Shown here one piece after another: positions 27,993-35,682 of a DNA stretch of 35,682 nucleotides. The DNA lies in contig CBDCEW010000048.1 in assembly GCA_965215885.1 (NCBI GenBank), forward strand, positions 1 to 35,682, written 5' to 3'. Made by a program: the position numbers and the translations under genes. A model generated the notes under the pieces. The model made no database searches. It was given only the letters and a program-made list of their open reading frames with translations, and was not told the DNA's origin. Source of the stretch: Candidatus Moanibacter sp. (GTDB lineage: Bacteria > Verrucomicrobiota > Verrucomicrobiia > Opitutales > UBA2987). Position 1 is the stretch's first letter, and each line of letters begins with the position of its first letter.

Positions 27993-28813
27993 CCTTCGCT
28001 TTTGTAGTTATTTCCAGCGTAAGCGTTGCCGGAAGCAGCCCGCGTGAACTCCAAGCTTCCAGCAGCGAATCGGTATTGGAAGATTTCCGACGCCGTCGGC
28101 TAGCGGGCGATTACAGTTTGCTATTTACGCTTCGCCACATGCCTCGACGCGGTGAGGACGTCTTTTATAAGGGGCAATTGTGGGGAACGTGGACTGGCTA
28201 CGGTTCAAGAACGCTGGTAAGTCTAGCCTCTTTCAACGACCCGAAAGTAAACGGTAAGAAACTACTCGTGGAAAACGGCCCCGACCCCAAACTGTGGATC
28301 GCCGGTGAGACCGGTATGGCAAGGGCTGTTGCCGAAGACGACGCTGAACTCTACTTGCCGATTTTTCCCGATTCCGTCTATACTCCATTCGAACTTCAGA
28401 TGCCGTTCATCTACTGGGACAGATACGTCGATGAGGGCAGGCGCAAGTCAAAAGGTCGGCAGGTGCGGGCCTATCGAATGTATCCGCCTGAGAATTTCGA
28501 TAGAGGACTCTCGAACCTGGGATCGGTGAGAATATACATCGACGAGAAATTCAAGGCCCTGATTAAGGCTCAGATTCTCGACCTCAAAGGAGATCCGTTG
28601 AAGACTTTCAAGATTCTCGGTATCAAAAAGGTTCAAAACCAGGTGATTGTAAAGCGCATTGATCTCCTCGATGAAAAAACACGGGATAAGACACGATTCT
28701 CCGTTTTCGCGGCAGCGCTCAATCTTAGTATTCCCCACTCTTATTTCGATCCGGGTAGGATGGGGGGGGCCCTCTACGCAGTTTCAGAGGACGAATTCGA
28801 TTATTTTAAATAG
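27926..28813 (+). CDS. Outer-membrane lipoprotein-sorting (LolA-like) protein; the ancestral start is probably ATG 27553, separated by the MITE chain
   Basis: Hydrophobic signal core, TPFELQMPF, C-terminal KTF....IKKV....IVKRIDL.D..T.DKT pattern. Confidence 0.7.
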   Translation: MHSISSVPFCNLARKSCEIFGLAFAFVVISSVSVAGSSPRELQASSSESVLEDFRRRRLAGDYSLLFTLRHMPRRGEDVFYKGQLWGTWTGYGSRTLVSLASFNDPKVNGKKLLVENGPDPKLWIAGETGMARAVAEDDAELYLPIFPDSVYTPFELQMPFIYWDRYVDEGRRKSKGRQVRAYRMYPPENFDRGLSNLGSVRIYIDEKFKALIKAQILDLKGDPLKTFKILGIKKVQNQVIVKRIDLLDEKTRDKTRFSVFAAALNLSIPHSYFDPGRMGGALYAVSEDEFDYFK

Positions 28814-28838
28814 GATAGGCTACAACCGGGCGTGTTTC

Positions 28839-29960
28839 CTATTTCAGTACTTCCTCAGTCTCAGGATCAAAAAGGAGAGCACGATCCTGATCAAAACGCA
28901 TTCCGATATCCTGTCCTACGGTATAACTCCTGTTGGCGCTCATCCGTGCTATCAAAGGGTGGCTTCCCGTATTCAGATAGAGATTAATCTCCGCTCCCAT
29001 CGGTTCCGCAACTTCAATTTTCGCTCTTACGGAATCTGAATTCCCATCCCCTTCGGTCTCCACAGTTTCCTTAATATCCTCGGGCCGGATTCCAAATACA
29101 ATTTCACGGCCCGCATAATTCTGCGACAATGCGGAAAGTCTGGGATTGAGCGCTACGCCTATCCCAGTGCCGCCTTCGACAAATTCAACTCCTGCGCCAT
29201 TCCCTCGTAGAGTTCCGCTGATAAAATTCATTGGGGGACTCCCGATAAATCCGGCCACAAACATGTTCTCCGGGTGATTGTAGAGAGTAAGCGGTTCAGC
29301 TACTTGCATGATATTGCCGTCCTTCATGACGGTGATGCGGTCTCCCATCGTCATCGCCTCAACTTGATCGTGGGTGACATATATCATAGTAGATTCAAGG
29401 CGGGTGTGCAGCTTCGAAATCTCAGTGCGCATTGAGACACGCATTTTGGCATCCAAATTCGACAACGGTTCATCGAAAAGAAACACTTTCGGCTTGCGCA
29501 CAATTGCTCGACCCACCGCCACGCGCTGACGTTGTCCTCCAGATAATGCCTTCGGTTTGCGTTCGAGCAACTCCCCGATCCCTAGAATCTCCGCTGCATC
29601 ATGTACCCTTTCCCTGATTTCCGGTTTCGGGTACCGCATCAGTTTTAATCCAAAGGCCATGTTATCGTATACAGTCATGTGCGGGTAGAGGGCATAGTTC
29701 TGGAATACCATCGCAATATTTCGGTCCTTTGGAAGGACGTTGTTGACAACCGCCTCTTCGATGGAAATCGAGCCTTCCGTGATTTCCTCGAGCCCGGCTA
29801 TCATCCGCAGGGTGGTGGACTTCCCGCAACCGGAGGGTCCCACCAAAACCATGAACTCTCCATCTTCGATTGTTAGATCAAGATTGTTAACAGCACGCAC
29901 TACCGCCTGCTTCCCATCTCTATAATCTTTAACAAGATTTTTTAGTTCGACTTTTGCCAT
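28839..29960 (-). CDS. Sugar ABC transporter ATP-binding protein (MalK/UgpC/MsmX family)
   Basis: [59 protein letters not shown]-terminal TOBE region. Confidence 0.95.
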   Translation of the reverse strand: MAKVELKNLVKDYRDGKQAVVRAVNNLDLTIEDGEFMVLVGPSGCGKSTTLRMIAGLEEITEGSISIEEAVVNNVLPKDRNIAMVFQNYALYPHMTVYDNMAFGLKLMRYPKPEIRERVHDAAEILGIGELLERKPKALSGGQRQRVAVGRAIVRKPKVFLFDEPLSNLDAKMRVSMRTEISKLHTRLESTMIYVTHDQVEAMTMGDRITVMKDGNIMQVAEPLTLYNHPENMFVAGFIGSPPMNFISGTLRGNGAGVEFVEGGTGIGVALNPRLSALSQNYAGREIVFGIRPEDIKETVETEGDGNSDSVRAKIEVAEPMGAEINLYLNTGSHPLIARMSANRSYTVGQDIGMRFDQDRALLFDPETEEVLK

Positions 29961-30162
29961 TTTCCCTTCCTCGTGGAGCCATCTCTAACTCTCATACATT
30001 TTCATGTCAACCGAGTAAATACGGCGCACGCTTTTTTCGGAAATTGTATTCATGCCGCTATCCGACCCATGATTTCAATACTCGTGACCGATTTTTAACT
30101 CACGCTTTTAAGATAAGCTGAATTTTCCCCCGTTAAAATTTACCGGTTAGGTTATTTTTTTG

Positions 30163-30190
30163 TTGAACAATTTTTTTATTTTGTTAGTTT
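30163..30190 (+). promoter_or_regulatory. Putative sigma70 promoter (extended -10)
   Basis: TTGAAC-16 bp-TAGTTT with TG at 30182-30183 and an AT-rich upstream tract. Confidence 0.4.
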
Positions 30191-30571
30191 GCACTCCCGA
30201 AGTTCTTGAAGAAGGAAAAATTCGCCTAGTCTAACATTTACAATCACGATGGCTTCACCCGGGCCCCGTATGGTGGTCTTGCGAAAATCAAATCCCGGAT
30301 GTAACCTGGATAACGGAAGAAGAACCTTCTCTTCGGCACGGTGCCTCTCTCTCATTTGAAGTCTGCCTCATATAGGTGGGTATATTATCCTGCTGAATTA
30401 AAGCGCGGCAAGGCACATACCTCGACCCCCCGTGCGATTTAAGCTAACGAGAATTGCAAAAGAGATTTTTCAGGGGTTCCACACATTCCATTCAAACGCA
30501 GTTCGAAGGAGGAAGTGAGACCTCTGTATAGAAAAGAAACGGAAAAGATAAAAAACAACCGTAAGGATAAA

Positions 30572-30886
30572 ATGGCAACAAAGAAGAAAACCGCCAAGAA
30601 AAAGGCACCGGCTAAGAAGGCCGCCGCAAAGAAAGCTCCGGCTAAGAAAGCCGCCGCAAAGAAAGCTCCGGCTAAGAAAGCCGCCGCAAAGAAAGCTCCG
30701 GCTAAGAAAGCCGCCGCAAAGAAAGCTCCGGCCAAGAAAGCCGCGGCAAAGAAAGCTCCGGCCAAGAAAGCCGCGGCAAAGAAAGCTCCGGCCAAGAAAG
30801 CCGCCGCAAAGAAAGCTCCGGCCAAGAAAGCCGCCGCAAAGAAAGCTCCGGCTAAGAAGAAGGCTTCAAAAAAGAAGAAAAAGTAG
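30572..30886 (+). CDS. Histone H1-like basic DNA-binding protein, 104 aa
   Basis: [17 protein letters not shown] + 8x [10 protein letters not shown] + [15 protein letters not shown] (30-bp tandem repeat). Confidence 0.85.
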   Translation: MATKKKTAKKKAPAKKAAAKKAPAKKAAAKKAPAKKAAAKKAPAKKAAAKKAPAKKAAAKKAPAKKAAAKKAPAKKAAAKKAPAKKAAAKKAPAKKKASKKKKK

Positions 30887-30910
30887 CCTCGAGTTAATAT
30901 CCTTATATAC

Positions 30911-30939
30911 GGTTCTTCGGAGACGGAATCCGAGGAACC
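30911..30939 (+). terminator. Hairpin downstream of the histone-like gene
   Basis: GGTTCTTCGGA-N7-TCCGAGGAACC stem; weak U-tract. Confidence 0.4.
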
Positions 30940-31105
30940 AGACGTTTGCATTTACCAGTCGTTTTTTCGATAGGTAAATGTCGGGGGTTTTCTCCCCTAA
31001 TCACAAAGAGTAGAAGAGAGTTTCCGGATTGAAATCCAGGGAAACCGATCGGGTTATCCTTTAAAGCGGATAGCATTGCTCGGTGGCCGACCGAGGAGAT
31101 TCATA

Positions 31106-32341
31106 TTGAGAGACGCCTCTGCATCTAAAGGAAGTGTAGTCACCTTCACGGATAGTGAACTGAAGGTGCCGGACAATCCTATTATTCCCTATATCGAGGG
31201 AGACGGGATAGGGTCGGATATCTGGCGTGCGGCTCGACGCGTATTCGACGCAGCCGTAGAGAGTGCCTATAGAGGCCAAAGAGCTGTAGAATGGCGCGAG
31301 GTATTCGCGGGAGAGAAAGCCTACGGGAAATTTGGAAACTGGCTCCCTTCCGAGACCTTGGAGGCCTTTCGCGAATATCGTGTAGGGATAAAGGGACCGC
31401 TAACGACACCGGTGGGTGGAGGAATTCGTTCACTCAATGTGGCATTGCGTCAGGAACTGGATCTCTTTGTGTGTCAGAGGCCGGTGCGATATTTTCGAGG
31501 AGTGGAGAGTCCCGTAAAGAAGCCGGAATTGGTAGATATGGTGGTCTTTCGCGAGAACACTGAGGATATATATGCGGGCATCGAATTCGAGGAGGGCAGC
31601 GAAGAGGTAAAGAAACTAAAACAATTCCTTTGGGAGGTGTTTCCGGAACGGTTTCGAAAGGTACGATTTCCCGAGACTGTCGGCATGGGATTGAAACCGG
31701 TCTCTATTGAAGGCAGTTCGAGGCTGGTGCGGGCGGCCTTGAGGTTCGCGCTTAAAGAGAAGCGCTCGAGTGTGACACTCGTTCATAAGGGAAATATAAT
31801 GAAGTTCACGGAAGGCGCGTTTAGAGATTGGGGCTATAATGTCGCAAAGAGTGAATTCGCCGGAGAGGAGATTGATGGGGGACCGTGGTGTCGACTGCCG
31901 GAGGGAATTGTAATCAAGGACGTAATCGCGGACGCCTTTTTGCAGCAAATTCTGACACGCCCGGCTGAATATGATGTCGTGGCGACCCTAAACTTGAACG
32001 GAGATTATATTTCCGATGCATTGGCCGCACAGGTGGGAGGAATCGGAATGGCTCCAGGCGGCAATATAAACTATGAAACCGGGCATGCCATTTTTGAGGC
32101 GACGCATGGGACGGCCCCGAAATATTCCGGCCAGGACAAAGTAAACCCCGGGTCGCTGATACTGTCGGGTGAAATGATGTTTCGCTACCTCGGCTGGGAT
32201 GAGGCGGCGAAACTGATTGTGGCGGGGATAGAAGAGACGATAAGTTCAAAAAAGGTAACCTACGACTTGGCGCGCCTCATGGAGGGAGCGAATGAAGTGC
32301 GGTGTTCCGAATTTGCGGACGCGATCGTTGAGAACCTCTAG
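31106..32341 (+). CDS. icd: NADP-dependent isocitrate dehydrogenase
   Basis: GAGGAG RBS before TTG 31106. [63 protein letters not shown]. Confidence 0.97.
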   Translation: MRDASASKGSVVTFTDSELKVPDNPIIPYIEGDGIGSDIWRAARRVFDAAVESAYRGQRAVEWREVFAGEKAYGKFGNWLPSETLEAFREYRVGIKGPLTTPVGGGIRSLNVALRQELDLFVCQRPVRYFRGVESPVKKPELVDMVVFRENTEDIYAGIEFEEGSEEVKKLKQFLWEVFPERFRKVRFPETVGMGLKPVSIEGSSRLVRAALRFALKEKRSSVTLVHKGNIMKFTEGAFRDWGYNVAKSEFAGEEIDGGPWCRLPEGIVIKDVIADAFLQQILTRPAEYDVVATLNLNGDYISDALAAQVGGIGMAPGGNINYETGHAIFEATHGTAPKYSGQDKVNPGSLILSGEMMFRYLGWDEAAKLIVAGIEETISSKKVTYDLARLMEGANEVRCSEFADAIVENL

Positions 32342-32433
32342 CCCGCTTTTCCTCAGCGGGTAAGCGGTATTGACTACCGGCAGCCACGATCCAGTCGAAA
32401 CGCATCTCTGGGAAATGTGAGAAAAGCGGGCTA
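32339..32433. mobile_element. Miniature inverted-repeat element (type D) spanning both stop codons of convergent icd and AI-2E genes
   Basis: TAGCCCGCTTTTCCTCA...TGAGAAAAGCGGGCTA; same end as TAGCCCGCTTTTCTCA at 27905. Confidence 0.75.
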
Positions 32434-33567
32434 TGCAGGCGTCGCTGAATCGAGGTAGTTGCTTTTCAGGAGTCGCCATGCGACGACAAAAAACGCGGTG
32501 AGCGGGATTGCAAGAATCATACCCAGGATTCCATTCAAAGCCGTTCCCCAGAAGAATAATGAGATAATGACTGCCAGAGGGTGAAGTCCCGTCTGCCTAC
32601 CCATGATTTTTGGAGTGAGAACATATCCTTCCAGGATTTGAACAGTAATGAACACCGATAATGTCAGGCTGACAAGAATCCACCCGCCTTCGGTTTGAAA
32701 ATATGCAATCGGCAGCGCCATTGATAGACCCATAAGGGTGCCCAGATAGGGCACGATATTGAGAAGCCCCACCGCGAATCCGAGAATCAAGCCGAAGCGC
32801 AAGCCGACGACAGAAAAACCCAGGGCGAGAAGCACTCCCATAATTAACCCGATAAAAAGCTGCCCACGAAAGAAGGCGACCATGATAGTAGCGAATTCAC
32901 GCATTAGAAACACGATGTCCCGTCTGATCTCAGGTTCGAGGAAGGTCAGTTGCTGTTCGAAGTCTCTGGATGGATCCCGCTGCGTTTCCAGAAAATAGAA
33001 GAGATATATGGGGATGATTGCGAGGGCGGCGGCTTTACCAAAAATCTGCGCGAGCCACTGCCCAACTTCCCTTACAGCGGGAATTGAAACAATCGCCATC
33101 TGTTTTACACCATCAATAATTGCTTCAAAATGCGTAGCGATAGTTTCTCGTGAGATTTGATCGAATAGGATCGGTAGATGTCTCTTGAGGAACTCGACGG
33201 CGTCCGACGTAATACTGGGAAGTTGCTTAAAGAGGTCGGTTGTCTGGCCTATCATGGAGGGGAGTATGACAGACATGATTCCGAGAGCCGCCAGTGAAAC
33301 AATCACATACATAATCACTATCGATCTTACTCGAGATAACTTAATCCTGTTCTCCAGAAAAGAGACGACTGGTTTAAGAAGCATGGCGAGGATGCCGGCA
33401 GTAGCCAATGGCCAGATTACGCCCGCGAAAAAGGCGACGATCTTCTGTAAAATGACGAATACGAAGACAAGAAGGCCCGCGATCAGGATAAAGCAGGAGA
33501 GGGTAATCGCGGTGGCCGCGATTTTTCCCTGTTTGTGACTGAGCAGGCTCTCTCTCTCAGATTTCAT
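32431..33567 (-). CDS. AI-2E family transporter (PerM-like)
   Basis: Multiple TM segments, FFRGQL, LNIVPYLG, EGYVLTPKIMG...GLHPL, GILGMILAIPL. Confidence 0.92.
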   Translation of the reverse strand: MKSERESLLSHKQGKIAATAITLSCFILIAGLLVFVFVILQKIVAFFAGVIWPLATAGILAMLLKPVVSFLENRIKLSRVRSIVIMYVIVSLAALGIMSVILPSMIGQTTDLFKQLPSITSDAVEFLKRHLPILFDQISRETIATHFEAIIDGVKQMAIVSIPAVREVGQWLAQIFGKAAALAIIPIYLFYFLETQRDPSRDFEQQLTFLEPEIRRDIVFLMREFATIMVAFFRGQLFIGLIMGVLLALGFSVVGLRFGLILGFAVGLLNIVPYLGTLMGLSMALPIAYFQTEGGWILVSLTLSVFITVQILEGYVLTPKIMGRQTGLHPLAVIISLFFWGTALNGILGMILAIPLTAFFVVAWRLLKSNYLDSATPA

Positions 33568-33841
33568 TAAGGCCAATCAATTTTCTTACCTTAGGGGCAT
33601 CATCGAGAGCGCGAATGAATTCGGCTACGCTGAAATCGGCTATAACAAATTCACCGAATTCGAATGTGGGAGTGAGCGTTTGGCCGCTGATGCCGATGAG
33701 TCGCTGCATGCTCTGCGGGTCCTGATATACGTCGCAAATACGAATTTCAATGCTATTTTCGGAAAAGAAGTGCAAAGCATCGATGCACCAGGGACACCCC
33801 TCTTTAATATAGAGAATAGGTTTTGAATTTACCTTGTTCAC
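33557..33841 (-). CDS. Glutaredoxin-like protein
   Basis: [10 protein letters not shown] active site and SGQTLTPT. Confidence 0.85.
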   Translation of the reverse strand: MNKVNSKPILYIKEGCPWCIDALHFFSENSIEIRICDVYQDPQSMQRLIGISGQTLTPTFEFGEFVIADFSVAEFIRALDDAPKVRKLIGLNEI

Positions 33842-33889
33842 CGAATCGCGGAGAATTGGATAGATTTGAAAGAGTCAGTTCAATCAATA

Positions 33890-35682
33890 ATGCCTTCAGA
33901 TCGGGGTCACGCCAAGCACATACATATTAAAGGTGCGCGGGAGCACAACTTGAAGGATTTCGAGTTACGCATACCTCGGGACAGTCTTGTCGTCATAACA
34001 GGGGTGAGTGGTTCGGGAAAGTCGAGCCTGGCATTTGATACCATCTATGCCGCGGGCTATCGAAAATACATCGACAGCCTCTCCGCCAGAGCGCGGCAAT
34101 TGCTCGAGCAAGTCAGTCATCCCGATGTCGATTTCATACATGGGCTCTCACCTGTTATAGCCATTGAGCAGAGAACCGGAGGAGGCGCCAACCCCAGAAG
34201 TACAGTTGCTACAGTCACCGAAATATCGGACTATGCCGGCCTTCTCTGGGCGTTAGGTGGCACGGCATTCTGTCCCAAAGATGGCGGGTCTATTGAGCGG
34301 CACTCGATGGACGATTGTCTCAAACGCATATTTCAAGAGCCTGAAGGATCTCGTCTAATCATACTCGCACCCGGTCTCAGGGCACGTCCCGCAATTCTGA
34401 GAGAAGAACTGCCGCGTTTGAGACAGCGGGGATTTCAGCGAATCAGAATTGATGGAGAAATAAAAGAACTCGATGACGAGAGTCTTGTTCGTTCCGGGGC
34501 TGGTGAGATCGCGGTCGATGTTGTAATTGACAGAGTGATAGTAAGAAAAGATCAACGCAGCCGACTGGCCGACTCACTTGAGCTGGCATTTCGCGAAGGC
34601 GGCGATAGAGCGGTTATACTCGTGGCGTGTAATAAAGGCACCCCATGGCGTGAGTTTGTGGTCAGCCAGCACCTCGCCTGCCATCGGTGTGGCCAGGTTT
34701 ACGAACCGGTCACCCCGAGGTCGTTCTCCTACAATCTTCCGGATGGTGCCTGTTCCAGGTGTGGCGGTCTTGGACTCACGCGACAGTTTTCCGATGAGCT
34801 TCTTGTTCCCGACCCAGGGAAGAGCGTTAAGAAAGGAGCAATCAAACCGTGGCGGTTTGGTTCCAAACGTATGATTATTAGACGCAATGCGATTCTGAAA
34901 CAACTAGCCGAGCAACTCCCCTTCGATCCCGAGCTGCCGTGGGAGAGTCTCAGTGAAGATATTAAGGAGAGTATCCTCCATGGAACGGGCGAACGCCTCT
35001 TCAGCTTTAAACTCACGGGAGGTCGGCGAAAGGGCGAATTAGTGCCGTTCGAGGGAGTCGTAAAAGATCTGGAGAAGACACGTAGAGATACTTCAAGCGA
35101 GGGACTCAAAGCCCGCCTGATGGCGTTTCAGATAAGTCGGGAATGCCCTCTCTGCAAGGGGAAACGGCTGAAAGCGGAGAGTTTGCACGTTCGGCTCATG
35201 GGAACGTCCTTTTCCGAGTTCATGAAACTGAATATTGAGCAGGCGCTGGTTTTTGTAAGGAAAGTAGAGGACGAAAAGGGGATAATTGAGAAGCTATGGG
35301 AGGCAATCTCCGGACTGAAAGAGCGGCTCCATTTTTTGAATGAAGTAGGCTTGAATTACCTCACCCTGGATCGAACTTATTCTTCTCTAAGTGGCGGTGA
35401 AGCCCAGCGAGTTCGTCTCGCAACGCAGCTTGGAATGGGTCTGGTGGGAGTGGGATACGTTTTAGACGAGCCGACGATCGGTTTGCATCCTTACGATAAC
35501 GCGAGACTGCTGAATACCCTCAAGGACTTGCGCGACAGGGGCAACGCGGTGATTGTAGTAGAGCATGATGAAGAGACGATCCGCAATGCCGACCATCTCA
35601 TAGAATTGGGACCGGGAGCCGGAGCCGAGGGCGGGTATTTGATTTATGAAGGTTCTCCCCAGAATATTCTGAGTGCACGAAA
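33890..35682 (+). CDS. uvrA: Excinuclease ABC subunit A (3'-partial)
   Basis: Missing from the ORF track because there is no stop in the window. [36 protein letters not shown], and in-frame [16 protein letters not shown] and [10 protein letters not shown]. Confidence 0.96.
   Translation, partial: MPSDRGHAKHIHIKGAREHNLKDFELRIPRDSLVVITGVSGSGKSSLAFDTIYAAGYRKYIDSLSARARQLLEQVSHPDVDFIHGLSPVIAIEQRTGGGANPRSTVATVTEISDYAGLLWALGGTAFCPKDGGSIERHSMDDCLKRIFQEPEGSRLIILAPGLRARPAILREELPRLRQRGFQRIRIDGEIKELDDESLVRSGAGEIAVDVVIDRVIVRKDQRSRLADSLELAFREGGDRAVILVACNKGTPWREFVVSQHLACHRCGQVYEPVTPRSFSYNLPDGACSRCGGLGLTRQFSDELLVPDPGKSVKKGAIKPWRFGSKRMIIRRNAILKQLAEQLPFDPELPWESLSEDIKESILHGTGERLFSFKLTGGRRKGELVPFEGVVKDLEKTRRDTSSEGLKARLMAFQISRECPLCKGKRLKAESLHVRLMGTSFSEFMKLNIEQALVFVRKVEDEKGIIEKLWEAISGLKERLHFLNEVGLNYLTLDRTYSSLSGGEAQRVRLATQLGMGLVGVGYVLDEPTIGLHPYDNARLLNTLKDLRDRGNAVIVVEHDEETIRNADHLIELGPGAGAEGGYLIYEGSPQNILSAR

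Noticed and set aside
30439..30951. 170-aa hydrophobic [12 protein letters not shown] on the minus strand
   Set aside because: Antisense shadow of the K/A/P repeat gene, which has an RBS.
33835..33889. LexA box upstream of uvrA
   Set aside because: TGTTCACCGAATC does not fit the Verrucomicrobia TGTTC-N4-GAACA motif in spacing or second half-site.

Overview
Bacterial chromosomal segment, most likely Verrucomicrobiota (Opitutales-like); this is inferred from a Verrucomicrobia-type C-terminal domain on the FG-GAP protein and from gene content. The left ~21 kb is accessory and IS-rich. It holds a YD/DxDxDG-repeat ORF, an intact IS66, a giant 14-repeat FG-GAP gene split by an IS5-like element and a +1 frameshift, a vapBC pair, lpxI, leuS, an HtrA-type protease plus a catalytically dead paralog split by an ISL3, and an IS4 inserted into a palindrome. 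Its intergenic spaces are mosaics of short repeats. The right ~15 kb is housekeeping: ribE, udg, der, fmt, LysM, parB, secG, LolA-like, MalK/UgpC-like ATPase, histone H1-like, icd, AI-2E, glutaredoxin and a partial uvrA. The most striking unexplained structure is a set of TA/CTAG-flanked miniature inverted-repeat elements. They sit on TAG stop codons, and a four-element chain (27577-27992) appears to have split the signal peptide of the LolA-like gene. No CRISPR array, tRNA or rRNA was seen.
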